A stretch of DNA of 62,565 nt, the filler included. It is 7 parts of 7 records of this genome, joined end to end, with 100 filler letters (N's around TTAATTAATTAA, not from the genome) between each part and the next. Parts side by side here need not be neighbours in the genome. Positions count along the whole stretch, not along the records: positions 35,067 to 50,147 come from SRR31156797_14361; positions 50,248 to 56,870 come from SRR31156797_14386; positions 56,971 to 62,565 come from SRR31156797_14443; 4 more parts are not named here. One strand, written 5' to 3'. A program made the position numbers and the translations under genes. The number at the start of each line of letters is the position of its first letter. Position 1 is the stretch's first letter. The notes beneath the pieces are model-generated. The model did no database searches, was not told the DNA's origin, and saw only the letters and a program-made list of their open reading frames with translations. Below are positions 48,752 to 59,029 of this stretch, in pieces.

Positions 48752-50122
48752 ATGGAATATTTATATATCGGAATAGGAATTCTAAAAGGCTTTATAATTG
48801 GCTGGTTGGTGATGAGAAAAAAAGTAACTCAGCAGACTACATTAAGTCGTGAAGAATTGTTGAAGCAGGAAAACTCCTTTATCAAAGAGAAAAGTGAGTT
48901 GTTGCACAAGCAATCTGCCATAGAAGAAAGAGCCATTAATCTTCAACGTGAGAAGGATGACTTGAATGATGTGCTTATTTTCGAACGAGAAAAAAATGAA
49001 AAGCTAACTCGTTCGGTTTCCATATCAGCCACCGAGCGTAAAAATCTGGAAGAACGTTTAGAAAATCAAAAACAGGAACTGGAAGAACTTCAGAAAAAAT
49101 TCACTACCGAATTTGAAAATATCGCCACAAAAATCTTAAAGGAAAATACTAAGGAGTTTACCACCTCAAATCAGAAAAACATGAGTGATATCATGGGACC
49201 GATTAAGGAAAAACTGCAGTCATTCGAGAAGAAAGTGGAGGAAACTTACGATCGTGAGCTACGTGATAAAATCAGCTTAAAAGAAGAGGTGAAAAAGCTT
49301 TACGATTTAAATTCTAAAATCAGTGACGAAGCCAATAACCTAACCAAAGCCTTAAAAGGTGATGTAAAAAAACAGGGAAACTGGGGTGAAGTTGTTCTAG
49401 AACGTATTTTAGAACGTTCGGGTTTAACCAAAGGTGAAGAATACGATCGTGAAGTGGTTATGCAAAATAGCGAAGGGCAAACCATTCGTCCTGATGTGAT
49501 CATCCGCCTACCGGAAGAAAAGCATGTAATTGTGGACTCAAAAGTGTCGTTAATTGCTTATGAGAGATTTGTAAACGCAAATGGTGAAGCCGATGCTGAG
49601 AAATTCCAGAAAGAACATATCATCTCGATGAAAGCTCATGTTAAAGAGTTGGCAGAGAAACATTATCAAAGTTCGGATGCATTGAATTCTCCTGATTTTG
49701 TTTTAATGTTCATGCCTATCGAATCATCTTTTGCTATGGCGGTGCAATACGACCAGGAATTGTTTGGCTATGCCTGGGACAACAAAATTGTAATTGTAAG
49801 TCCTTCTACTCTATTGGCAACTTTACGTACCATTGCATCTATCTGGAAACAGGAACATCAGAACCGAAATGTATTGGAAATTGCCAAACAAGGTGGATTG
49901 CTATATGACAAATTTGTTGGTTTTGTTGAAGATATGATAAAACTAGGCAAACAAATGGATACTTCGAAAAATAGCTATCAGGATGCCATGAAAAAATTAT
50001 ATGATGGCAGTGGAAACTTGGTACGTAGAGCTGAAAACATTCGAGAACTGGGTGCCAAAGTGAAAAAGAAATTACCACAAACCTTAATCGATCGAATGAA
50101 TGATACGGATGCATTGCAATAA
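48752..50122 (+). CDS. rmuC: DNA recombination protein RmuC
   Basis: QGNWGEVVLERILERSGL, RPDVII.LP, DSKVSL, SPDFVLMFMP, VSPSTLLATLRTI. Confidence 0.95.
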   Translation: MEYLYIGIGILKGFIIGWLVMRKKVTQQTTLSREELLKQENSFIKEKSELLHKQSAIEERAINLQREKDDLNDVLIFEREKNEKLTRSVSISATERKNLEERLENQKQELEELQKKFTTEFENIATKILKENTKEFTTSNQKNMSDIMGPIKEKLQSFEKKVEETYDRELRDKISLKEEVKKLYDLNSKISDEANNLTKALKGDVKKQGNWGEVVLERILERSGLTKGEEYDREVVMQNSEGQTIRPDVIIRLPEEKHVIVDSKVSLIAYERFVNANGEADAEKFQKEHIISMKAHVKELAEKHYQSSDALNSPDFVLMFMPIESSFAMAVQYDQELFGYAWDNKIVIVSPSTLLATLRTIASIWKQEHQNRNVLEIAKQGGLLYDKFVGFVEDMIKLGKQMDTSKNSYQDAMKKLYDGSGNLVRRAENIRELGAKVKKKLPQTLIDRMNDTDALQ

Positions 50123-50125
50123 TCT

Positions 50126-50147
50126 GTAGGGACATGCCATGGCATGT
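50126..50147 (+). repeat. GTAG-type REP-like palindrome, cut by contig end
   Basis: GTAGGG followed by perfect palindrome ACATGCCATGGCATGT, 3 bp after the rmuC stop. Confidence 0.65.
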
Positions 50148-50247
50148 NNNNNNNNNNNNNNNNNNNNNNNNNNNNNNNNNNNNNNNNNNNNTTAATTAAT
50201 TAANNNNNNNNNNNNNNNNNNNNNNNNNNNNNNNNNNNNNNNNNNNN
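50148..50247. other. artificial contig linker
   Basis: N-run / TTAATTAATTAA / N-run. Confidence 0.99.
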
Positions 50248-50253
50248 GCTTAA

Positions 50254-50267
50254 AATGAACGTTCATT
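50254..50267. promoter_or_regulatory. palindromic operator candidate (TetR-like)
   Basis: AATGAACGTTCATT downstream of a minus-strand TTGACA; the target gene would be off the contig. Confidence 0.4.
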
Positions 50268-50368
50268 CATTATGGGTAATATTCATTTACCCAGTTGTCA
50301 AGCCCGAATATGAAAATTGAAGGGTGACAGGAGGTTATCCAGCCGCCCTTCAACCGATAATTACAATT

Positions 50369-50986
50369 TTATTCCACTACACTCGCCTTGTTGATAACAA
50401 CCGGCTCAACAGGTACATCCTGGTGAAAACCGGCGTTTCCAGTCGCCACACCCTTTATGGCGTCCACAACTTCCTTGCCTTCGACAACCTGGCCAAAGGC
50501 CGCATAACCCCAACCCTGAGCTGTTTTACCCGAGTGATTGAGGAAATGATTGTCCTTAACATTTATAAAAAACTGCGCGCTGGCCGAATGAGGATCCGGC
50601 GTTCTGGCCATGGCAATGACATAGGCGTCGTTGGAAACGCCGTTATCAGCTTCATTTATAATCGGCTCGCGAGCGGCCTTTTCATTCATATCCTTGTCAA
50701 ATCCTCCGCCCTGGACCATGAAACCGTCTATAACGCGGTGAAAAATCGTGCCGTCGTAATGGCCGTCTTCCACGTATTGAACGAAATTTTTCACTGTTTC
50801 CGGCGCCTTGTCTTCAAAAAGCTCCAAGGTGACGTCACCCATGCTGGTTTCCAGTTTAATCAAAACATTACCCCTTTCGGCCGAAGCATTCGGCCCTATA
50901 ATTATTGTCAAACATAATAAAACGCATGCAATTAATACCGTCGGACCAATTAATCTATTAGAAATCACAATCAACTCCCAATTCAT
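50369..50986 (-). CDS. cyclophilin-type peptidyl-prolyl cis-trans isomerase (PpiA/PpiB), signal peptide
   Basis: [38 protein letters not shown]. Confidence 0.95.
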   Translation of the reverse strand: MNWELIVISNRLIGPTVLIACVLLCLTIIIGPNASAERGNVLIKLETSMGDVTLELFEDKAPETVKNFVQYVEDGHYDGTIFHRVIDGFMVQGGGFDKDMNEKAAREPIINEADNGVSNDAYVIAMARTPDPHSASAQFFINVKDNHFLNHSGKTAQGWGYAAFGQVVEGKEVVDAIKGVATGNAGFHQDVPVEPVVINKASVVE

Positions 50987-51217
50987 ATGAATTTTTCACA
51001 GGAGACAAGCCCGTCTCCCATTATCCGACAAAATTTCCGTACTATTATCAGATATAAGACGTGTACGTAAACAGAAAATACTTAACCTGAGTTTTAACTC
51101 TCATTCAATTTAATCAAATTGCGCCTTCCATTTATAACAATTTGAATTTGTAATAAAAGCCCGGCATCGTCCTGTGCACTATCAGACGACCATCAAAGGC
51201 CTGATCAGCCTCAAGCC

Positions 51218-51568
51218 TTATAAACTGTCAATTTCCTCCACCACGGAACTCCCCGACGATTTATCGCCGGACAACCATTGCCATTGCTCGTTTAATCTCA
51301 ATCTTCCGTCGGGCAATAAAACCGGATCGGCCAGGCACATGCCCGCCATTAGTTGACCATCCGCATTGATATGATGATACCTAAAGTCCAGGCGCCCCGT
51401 TTCCAGCATTTTCCCTATCAGATGCCCCTTGATGATTGCCCCGCCTTCATAGTCGGCTGATATAATTGCACCCTCTTGATGATAATGAAACAAGGTATCC
51501 GAGCTGACTTCTCCGTTATCCGTATTTGATACGGATTGAAAAATTTTCCCTTCAAGATTGTATTTCAT
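51218..51568 (-). CDS. small beta-barrel conserved protein (often labelled 'n-acetylglutamate synthase')
   Basis: NTDNGEVSSDTLFHYHQ, YEGGAI..GHLIG, LRLNEQWQW; RBS GAGGT. Confidence 0.75.
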   Translation of the reverse strand: MKYNLEGKIFQSVSNTDNGEVSSDTLFHYHQEGAIISADYEGGAIIKGHLIGKMLETGRLDFRYHHINADGQLMAGMCLADPVLLPDGRLRLNEQWQWLSGDKSSGSSVVEEIDSL

Positions 51569-51609
51569 TTTGTTTACCTCATAAAATAGGCTCCCGCCCT
51601 TTTATTGCT

Positions 51610-52182
51610 TCAACGCCAATATGTATAATGCCCCTTGTTTCTGACCATGGCCCCCCTTGGAACCATGGCAACAAGCAAAGGCGCTGAAACAAGGTCTATT
51701 GCGGATACTACGGCATTAAGAAACGCAATATTCCAAATCAAACCTGAATCCAGAGCCAGCATCCTTTCAATTATAAGCGGCAGCACGGTTATCACTAAAA
51801 ACGGGGCCAGCATTGCCAGTAAAAAACGATTTCGAGACATTTCCCCATCATAGTATGCATAACAAACACCTTTTTTCGGCCAGAATCCATAAGTCGTCCG
51901 ATTTGACAATCCGAACTTTGGCGCGAACAGGCCGTGGACCAATTCATGACCAGGCATGACAGCGAACAGAAATATCAGCAATAACAGCCAAAAAGGGATA
52001 GGAGGCGGGTTTAAAAAGTCCAGCCTGGTACTCGCCAACACGAAAGCCGCACTAAAAACCACTACCACAAGCAAGGCTATTAATTGCAAGGTCCATAATC
52101 CCGGTTCGCGGCACGGCCGCCAGCCGCCGGTTTCAGGATTAAAAACATCGTTTTCAGGTATGGGTCCAATCTTAAATCTCAT
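51610..52182 (-). CDS. DUF3267-family membrane zincin-like protein
   Basis: HELVH motif, LAPFLVIT, N....AID; likely start ATG 52182. Confidence 0.78.
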   Translation of the reverse strand: MRFKIGPIPENDVFNPETGGWRPCREPGLWTLQLIALLVVVVFSAAFVLASTRLDFLNPPPIPFWLLLLIFLFAVMPGHELVHGLFAPKFGLSNRTTYGFWPKKGVCYAYYDGEMSRNRFLLAMLAPFLVITVLPLIIERMLALDSGLIWNIAFLNAVVSAIDLVSAPLLVAMVPRGAMVRNKGHYTYWR

Positions 52183-52287
52183 ATTCTCAATTAGACCTCC
52201 ACAAACTAATTTTGTGATACTGAAACCAAACACCGGCTGTGTCCTGTTGGTCTTTTTGAAACCAGCGGATTCTTAACTGATCCGTTT

Positions 52288-52989
52288 TTAACTTAAACCA
52301 TTCTCAGGGGCGCCATCCTTGAGTAGATCCTTGTCAAATTCGCCCAGATCAGTCAAGACTATATCCACGCCGTCAAGTGCGGCCAAACGAGCGTGTTGAT
52401 CCTTCGGGCCGAGGGCCGCAATATAACCGATTCCTGCGTCCCGGGCCGCCTGAATGCCTGAAACCGAGTCTTCAATCACCATGCATTGTTCCGGCCTCAA
52501 CCCCAGATTTCGGGCTGCTTTCAGGTATACGTCCGGCGCCGGTTTTCCCGGTAAATACCCATCGTCATAAACGATAAGATTCACATCGAACCAGTTGGCC
52601 AATTTAAAATGATTGATAAAAAATTCCAGATTGGTTCTTTCGGAAGCAGTGGCGATAGTCCGTCTTATTTCCCCGGCTTTCAAATAATCCAGCAGGTCAA
52701 CCGCGCCGGGCGACAATATAAACTCCGGGCCTTCATCAAGACAGAGCTTTCGATAGATAGTTTCCTTTGCTTGTGTCAGGCTGCGAATTTCCTCACCGGA
52801 TAATTCCCGTCCGGTTAAATACTCCAAAGTATGCCTGTTGGGACGCCCGTGAACTTCCCGGATCATTTCTTCATCCGACAAGGGACTGTCACGGAGAGTC
52901 AAGGCGAACTGTCTCCAGGACTGCTCCTGCAGTAGGCCGTCCCACCATAATACGCCGTTAAAGTCAAATATTATACCGTTATAAATCAT
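52288..52989 (-). CDS. HAD-family phosphatase (beta-PGM-like)
   Basis: IIFDFNGVL (motif I DxN variant), ATAS, GKPAPDVY, IEDSVSG. Confidence 0.9.
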   Translation of the reverse strand: MIYNGIIFDFNGVLWWDGLLQEQSWRQFALTLRDSPLSDEEMIREVHGRPNRHTLEYLTGRELSGEEIRSLTQAKETIYRKLCLDEGPEFILSPGAVDLLDYLKAGEIRRTIATASERTNLEFFINHFKLANWFDVNLIVYDDGYLPGKPAPDVYLKAARNLGLRPEQCMVIEDSVSGIQAARDAGIGYIAALGPKDQHARLAALDGVDIVLTDLGEFDKDLLKDGAPENGLS

Positions 52990-53741
52990 TTCCCGTCATG
53001 CTGTTTAACAATCAGATATTCACGCGGAATTCTCCGCCTCCAAAAGATATATAAGCCGGCATGTGTACGCAAAGCTCCAACACCTTCAACAATAGAGGAT
53101 AATCCAGACATGATCCGGTTGAGATCATCTTCCTTCTCTGATGATGATGTTAAACCAAGATCATCCCTAACAACCTTCCAAAGTTTTGTAACTGTTTGTT
53201 TATTAGGCATTTGCAGGCCATTGTCTTCAATGTAAACTTTACACAATGATTCAACGAGTGAGCTTGCAGCAGTAATTGCAGCAGGAGGATCGGTTTCAGC
53301 CATTGCAATCGTTCTTTGGAATTCCTCATCGACTGCAGGAACATCTCTGGCCTTCAAGATGTCAACGAGTTGCTTTGATGGTAATCCTGCACCTGCCTTT
53401 AAAATGATTCCATTCAGGTGATAAGAAAGACCATTCTTGGCCAGCGCGGTTCTTATCTTTTCCTGACCTTCTACAATATTTTCTTGAGAATTATTTGGAA
53501 CAATATCCATGTAGTCTTGGATGACATTACCTATAACTTCAATTGGATAAATATCTGGATCTTCGTTGCAATTGCATAACCAGGCTCGGCATTTTTCAAC
53601 GCAGTTTCCTACTGGAGGATCTCCAGGCGCCTCTGATTTCATGAATAGGGTATTCAGTTTGGAATGGCTGAAATAATGTAGGCCGATAATCTCAGCAACT
53701 GTGCCAATCACTGAATTTGGGATTTCGGTTCTATCAGTCAT
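52986..53741 (-). CDS. abortive-infection C-terminus (Abi_C) family protein, C-terminally truncated or chimeric
   Basis: DPPAAITAASSLVESLCK, LWKVVRDDLG, SGLSSIVEGVGALRTHAG; the expected SAHG...RHARLA tail is replaced. Confidence 0.72.
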   Translation of the reverse strand: MTDRTEIPNSVIGTVAEIIGLHYFSHSKLNTLFMKSEAPGDPPVGNCVEKCRAWLCNCNEDPDIYPIEVIGNVIQDYMDIVPNNSQENIVEGQEKIRTALAKNGLSYHLNGIILKAGAGLPSKQLVDILKARDVPAVDEEFQRTIAMAETDPPAAITAASSLVESLCKVYIEDNGLQMPNKQTVTKLWKVVRDDLGLTSSSEKEDDLNRIMSGLSSIVEGVGALRTHAGLYIFWRRRIPREYLIVKQHDGK

Positions 53742-53773
53742 TGATGAACTCTCCTATTTACTCCTACGCCACC

Positions 53774-53971
53774 TCAACTGAGGAAGGGTGTTCGGATCAG
53801 TTTCTCTGCTTGGATCAATGCTTCAAGTTTAGCTAAAGCCTGATCCATCGTTGGAGCTTCGGCCACATATTTCCTGCCTGCTTGGTAATGTGGTTTTTTA
53901 GATCTTCTTTGAGGTGTATTATAACAAGTCATGCCTGCTGAATACTGAGGCATCATCCACACCATCTTCAT
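53774..53971 (-). CDS. small hypothetical protein
   Basis: Strong GGGGAGG upstream and co-oriented with the Abi_C gene; no recognised family. Confidence 0.3.
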   Translation of the reverse strand: MKMVWMMPQYSAGMTCYNTPQRRSKKPHYQAGRKYVAEAPTMDQALAKLEALIQAEKLIRTPFLS

Positions 53972-54205
53972 CCTCCCCCAAATAATATATAGTGCAGAAA
54001 AGCACGATGCCTGGATATCTCTGCTGAATTATAAGGCTGGTATTCTCTGCGGATCAGGAAATCAGAAATACTATCAAAACATGGCCGGATCGTGCTGTTT
54101 CGTTACTGTTTACGAAATCGTGATTTTCTGAGACATCAGTTAGTGTGTACATCGGGGAGAAATAATCCCCGGCTACCAGATTATCTGCTTCTCTCGATGT
54201 TGCGT

Positions 54206-55621
54206 TTATTTGCCTCGAGTCATTTTAGAGTAGTCCATATTGGGAAATTCTTTGAAGCTTGCCTGAGCATCAACTCCCATCTTGAGCATATATGCACCAA
54301 CACTGCTGGCTCCACTCTCCCCCATAATATTGTACTCTTCTTTTGGGTCGCTTCTTAGGTTATAAAGTTGTGGCAAAGATATACCAGTGTACGCGGGCCG
54401 GGCTAGTGAACCTTGTTTTTCATATTCCATGGTGAGGAACTTAAATTGTCTCCACCGTACGCAAACAAAATTACCATTGAAAAATACTAAACGGCTGTCA
54501 CGAGAAGAATGTTCTTGTTTACCTAACAACCAGTCTGTCTGATCCACTCCATCGATGGGACGGTCATTCGGTATATTGCCGCCGCCTATTTTCCCAAGGG
54601 TTACAAACAAGTCCATCACATGAATCATTTCAGTAGCTTGCCAACCATCACTGATTTTATCTGGCCAACGTATCATGCCAACAGTACGAAGCCCGCCTTC
54701 CCAGGCAGAACCAAGTTCACCCGACCACATCCCATTGTCGCCATTTTGGTCTGGCTGCCTGCTGTAGCGAGTTGGACCGTTGTCGGAAAAGAAACACACA
54801 ATAGTGTTGTTTCGGATACCGGCCTTATCGATGGCGTCGAGGATCTTACCAACATTATGGTCCATTTCCATTAATACATCCGGGTAATCTCCCCCTCCTG
54901 ATTTACCTTTAAAATCAGGGTGAGGAACGACCGGATGATGAGGGTTGATAAAGGATGTCATCAAAAAGAAAGGTGCATCTTTATTTGCCTTTTCTCTAAT
55001 ATACTGAACACTCATTTCAGTGAGATCAGTGTCAATCAGCGGACGGTAGGCAATGTTCATATCGCGCACCGCCTTTGCCGGTTTACCAGCGTGGGCTTCT
55101 AAAACCTTCTGTGGCTCCATAAGTTTCATATCAGTTCCGGGAAAGTCAGGATCGACCGGAAAGCTTGTATTTTGAAGGCCGTACCAATAATCAAATCCCT
55201 GCATCTGAGGTTCATGCTCTGTACTCTCACCCAAATGCCACTTTCCATAGTAAGCTGTTGTATATCCAGCTCCTTTTAGCACCTCTGCTAATGTTACTTC
55301 CATGGGGTCTAATCCTCCAGGCTGTCCCGGCATGACTAAGCCATCCGTACCAGACCGGATTGGCATACGACCAGTTAAGAATGCTGCTCGTGTAGGTGTA
55401 CAATTTGGTTCTACTTGAAAATCCTTGAACATAACTCCTTCATTGGCAAACTGGTCTATACGAGGCGTAGGAGCTCTAAGCCCCCCATAGATTCCCAAGT
55501 CGCCATAACCTTGGTTGTCTGTCATAAGCACGACGATATTCGGCTTCGTTTGATCCTGTCCCCAAGCTAATGGTGTAACGAAGAGGCTGCAAAGAATAAG
55601 GCTGAAGATATAAGCTCTCAT
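54206..55621 (-). CDS. Cys-type (formylglycine) arylsulfatase, secreted
   Basis: Signal peptide, PNIVVLMTDN, CTPTRAAFLTGR (CxPxR), GKWHLG, SDNG. Confidence 0.95.
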   Translation of the reverse strand: MRAYIFSLILCSLFVTPLAWGQDQTKPNIVVLMTDNQGYGDLGIYGGLRAPTPRIDQFANEGVMFKDFQVEPNCTPTRAAFLTGRMPIRSGTDGLVMPGQPGGLDPMEVTLAEVLKGAGYTTAYYGKWHLGESTEHEPQMQGFDYWYGLQNTSFPVDPDFPGTDMKLMEPQKVLEAHAGKPAKAVRDMNIAYRPLIDTDLTEMSVQYIREKANKDAPFFLMTSFINPHHPVVPHPDFKGKSGGGDYPDVLMEMDHNVGKILDAIDKAGIRNNTIVCFFSDNGPTRYSRQPDQNGDNGMWSGELGSAWEGGLRTVGMIRWPDKISDGWQATEMIHVMDLFVTLGKIGGGNIPNDRPIDGVDQTDWLLGKQEHSSRDSRLVFFNGNFVCVRWRQFKFLTMEYEKQGSLARPAYTGISLPQLYNLRSDPKEEYNIMGESGASSVGAYMLKMGVDAQASFKEFPNMDYSKMTRGK

Positions 55622-55852
55622 TTTTAACTCCGTTTTTAAGACATGCTTTAACAGCTAACAAGTTATTTTAAGATTTTGGATATAATCCTATTCATATTAA
55701 GATGAATTAGGGCGGGTTGCAATCTATTATAAAGGACTTAATTCCGTATTTACTGAACAAGAGAACCGAAAGACTTTATCCCCTACATACATGGAAATAG
55801 TATCGCGGTTAATGCGGAATTGTTCCACATCTCGCGCACAGGGTCGGGGCGA

Positions 55853-56683
55853 TCATTTAGGAAAAAGAAACTGCAATTGCAGACGCAACGTCCAATCAGG
55901 CCCATTGTCAGGTTTCACCACGTTATAAAAGGCCTGGATCGAGGCGTTCATGGGCTGTTTGCCTATCCGAAAGATCTTACCAAAACCGCCGCCGACAGGC
56001 ACTGTCCAACAGTTATCACTATCGGCTTCCCAGTTGGCGGTAATTATGGGAGCAGACGAGAGATACCACCCATCAGGCAAATTGTAGTTGATAAAATATT
56101 GGAAGAGGAGTTGGTTTACATCTTGCCGGTCATCATCGCCGGCATAGGACCACAAATTGTTGGCCAGCGCCCCGACAACCCAGGATCCCTGCATCGTCAA
56201 GGCTACAACTGAAGGACCAGCGCTCCATTTGCCGGACCCCAGCACTCTGTCGCTTGCAGTTGGGAAAGAAAAAATCGGTCCTGCGCCCCAAATGAATTTT
56301 CCCGGCTTGGCGGGAGATAGAAAAATGGTCGTATTGATATCTCCGAGACCAAATTCGCTGCCGTATCCGGGCACGAGTTCCGGCTGATAGACAACCGGGG
56401 CGATGGTGCGGGTGATCAGATTCCAATTTCCACTTAGTTTAAAAGGAACCACCGGTTGAATATTAAGCACATTCTGCACATCGTCGTCCGGCCCTACACC
56501 AAAGGCGGTGTTGTTCTGGAATGGAAGGCTGATCATATCGGACACCGGATTTTGAGCGGCCTGAGCCAACGACGATTCTTCTTGCGCCTGAACATCAGGT
56601 GTAAAGGCCGTGCTTTGGAGAATGACGAAAGTAACAAATAACAGTATTGTGAGTAAACAATACCTTGATCGGGAAATATTCAT
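55853..56683 (-). CDS. outer-membrane beta-barrel / putative transporter ('neuromedin U'-labelled family)
   Basis: LAQAAQNPVSDMISLPFQNN, NIQPVVPF, LITRTI, C-terminal LQFLFPK. Confidence 0.8.
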   Translation of the reverse strand: MNISRSRYCLLTILLFVTFVILQSTAFTPDVQAQEESSLAQAAQNPVSDMISLPFQNNTAFGVGPDDDVQNVLNIQPVVPFKLSGNWNLITRTIAPVVYQPELVPGYGSEFGLGDINTTIFLSPAKPGKFIWGAGPIFSFPTASDRVLGSGKWSAGPSVVALTMQGSWVVGALANNLWSYAGDDDRQDVNQLLFQYFINYNLPDGWYLSSAPIITANWEADSDNCWTVPVGGGFGKIFRIGKQPMNASIQAFYNVVKPDNGPDWTLRLQLQFLFPK

Positions 56684-56870
56684 AATAAGGCCTTACCTTG
56701 AATTATGCGGCAAGGGCCGCGATTTCGGTTTTTCCAGCCCTTTGACTCGGATTTTGGCCTGTTGAACAAGCCCTGATCTGTGGCGTAAGGCTTGTGTCCC
56801 ATACACAAGCAACATTTTCTAGCCAGTTTCTCTAAAAATGTTACGTCTTTCCAATTTACAGGCATAGTAA

Positions 56871-56970
56871 NNNNNNNNNNNNNNNNNNNNNNNNNNNNNN
56901 NNNNNNNNNNNNNNTTAATTAATTAANNNNNNNNNNNNNNNNNNNNNNNNNNNNNNNNNNNNNNNNNNNN
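56871..56970. other. artificial contig linker
   Basis: N-run / TTAATTAATTAA / N-run. Confidence 0.99.
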
Positions 56971-57661
56971 CCAGGGACCTGCGGGCGACAAATTTACATG
57001 GGGAGAAAAGTTTCGTTCACTGAGCAAAATCGGTGAAACGTTGGTGGTTTTTCTATTGGTCATGGGGGGGCTCTTTACGGGCATTTTCACCCCCACCGAA
57101 GCCGGCGGTGTGGGATCGGCGGCAGTTCTTCTGGTGGCTTTATTGCGCCGGCAACTGAGTTGGAAAGGCTTTGTCAAATCCATCAACGAGACCTTACGTA
57201 CCTCCTGCATGGTGCTTCTGCTCATCGCCGGCGCCACCATTTTCGGACATTTCCTGGCCATCTCCCGCATCCCCTTTAATGTGGCCAGTTGGGTGGCGGA
57301 ACTCAACATGCCCGCTTTTGCCATTGTTCTCATGATCATGCTGGTCTACCTCATCGGGGGATGCTTCATCGATGCGTTGGCGCTTATCATGCTGACCATC
57401 CCCATTTTTTACCCCATTATCATCAACTTGGGCTATGATCCCATCTGGTTCGGGATTATTATCGTTCTGGTCACCCAGATGGGGGTCATCACGCCACCGG
57501 TGGGCATCAACGTGTATGTGGTGGCGGGCATTGCCAAAGATATCCGGCTTGAGACTATTTTCAAGGGGGTACTCCCTTTTCTAATGGCCCTGATTATCGG
57601 AACCATTTTTCTCATCGCGGTTCCCCAGATCACCCTCTGGCTGCCCAGGCTCATGTATTAA
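56971..57661 (+). CDS. dctM: TRAP transporter large permease (DctM), 5'-partial
   Basis: GIFTPTEAGGVG, GYDPIWFG, ITPPVGINVYV; frame open to the contig start. Confidence 0.92.
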
Positions 57662-57685
57662 CCTTTTGAGGAGGACGTTTTTGCC

Positions 57686-59014
57686 GTGGAAACCCCTTAC
57701 TGGAACCCCTATCTGGAAACCCTTGACCCGGAAGCGCTCAAAGCCATTCAACTTAAAAAATTCCGGAATATGATTTCCTGGGCATTTGAACGCTCACCCT
57801 ACTACCGAGAGATCTATCAGCAGGCGGGCCTTGAACCGGGAGACATTAAGTCGTGGGATGATGTCTCAAAAGTACCCAAAATGGACAAAGCGAGGCTTAA
57901 AGAAGGACAGGAAGGCGAGCCATTCCCCTACGGTCGACTGCTCTGCCAGCCCCTTGAGGAGGTGGCTGAATTCCGCCAGACCTCCGGAACCACCGGAAAG
58001 CCGGTTTACCAGGCGGACTCCTGGGCCGACTGGGAATGGTGGTCCGAATCCTGGTGCTACATCCTCTGGTCCCAGGGATACCGCAGAACGGACCGGGTTT
58101 TCTTTCCCTTTGGCTACAACGTGTTCGTGGCATTCTGGGCGGCCCATTATGCCGCTGAAAAACTGGGGTGTGAAGTGGTGCCGGGCGGGGTGCTGGACAC
58201 GGCATCCCGGGTCCTTAAAATGCAGGAACTCCAAACCACGGCCATGATGGGGACCCCCACCTACCTCCTCAACATGGCGGATGTGGCCCGGAATCGGCTG
58301 GGTATGGATCCGGAAACCCTGCCCGTTGCCCGCATCACCTGCGCAGGCGAACCGGGCGCTTCCATCCCCACCACCAAAAAACGTCTGGAGGATGCCTGGG
58401 GGGCCAAGGTATACGACCATGCGGGCGCCACCGAGATCGGCGCCTGGAGCTACGAATGCAGCGAACAACCGGGCGGCCTTCACGTAAACGATGGCCTCTT
58501 TCTGGTGGAAATTGAAGACGTGGATACCGGCGCATTGATTACGGAACCGGGCAGGAAAGGTAAAATGATCATCACGGCCTTTGACCGGTTTGCCCAACCG
58601 TGCATCCGTTTTGATTCAAAAGATATCATTGAATGGCAAAAAGAAAGCTGCTCCTGCGGCCGCACTTACCGGCTTATCAAGGGGGGGGTTCAGGGACGTG
58701 CCGATGACATCACCAAGGTCAAGGGGGTGCTCCTTTCCCCTTCGGCCATTGAAGAAGTGGTGCGGGGATTTTCCGAACTTTCCGATGAATACGAAGTCAC
58801 CGTTCAGCGGATAGGCGACAATGAAAAAATTACACTTAAAATTGAACTGCTGCCGGATGCCGAATCCAATGAAAAGGAAATTCTGGGCCGTTTGTCCAAT
58901 GCATTGCGGTTAAACACCAACCTCGGTTATGCCATTGAAGTCCACCCGCTGGGGTCCCTGCCCCGCTATGAAGTCAAAGCCAGAAGATTCAAGGATTTAA
59001 GAAAAATCCACTAG
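57686..59014 (+). CDS. phenylacetate--CoA ligase family protein
   Basis: QTSGTTGKP, GTPTYL, AGEPG, DHAGATE, GRADD..KVKGV; GTG start after GAGGAGG. Confidence 0.9.
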   Translation: METPYWNPYLETLDPEALKAIQLKKFRNMISWAFERSPYYREIYQQAGLEPGDIKSWDDVSKVPKMDKARLKEGQEGEPFPYGRLLCQPLEEVAEFRQTSGTTGKPVYQADSWADWEWWSESWCYILWSQGYRRTDRVFFPFGYNVFVAFWAAHYAAEKLGCEVVPGGVLDTASRVLKMQELQTTAMMGTPTYLLNMADVARNRLGMDPETLPVARITCAGEPGASIPTTKKRLEDAWGAKVYDHAGATEIGAWSYECSEQPGGLHVNDGLFLVEIEDVDTGALITEPGRKGKMIITAFDRFAQPCIRFDSKDIIEWQKESCSCGRTYRLIKGGVQGRADDITKVKGVLLSPSAIEEVVRGFSELSDEYEVTVQRIGDNEKITLKIELLPDAESNEKEILGRLSNALRLNTNLGYAIEVHPLGSLPRYEVKARRFKDLRKIH

Positions 59015-59029
59015 AAAGAGGAATATCCA

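Noticed and set aside
53023-53035. CGCGGAATTCTCC identical to 13101-13113, near the Abi_C breakpoint
   Set aside because: Lacks the GGAC..TAATT part of the motif, is on a different contig and lies ~20 bp from the junction; probably chance.
54061-54205. attC site downstream of the sulfatase
   Set aside because: No convincing RYYYAAC...GTTRRRY pair with complementary arms.
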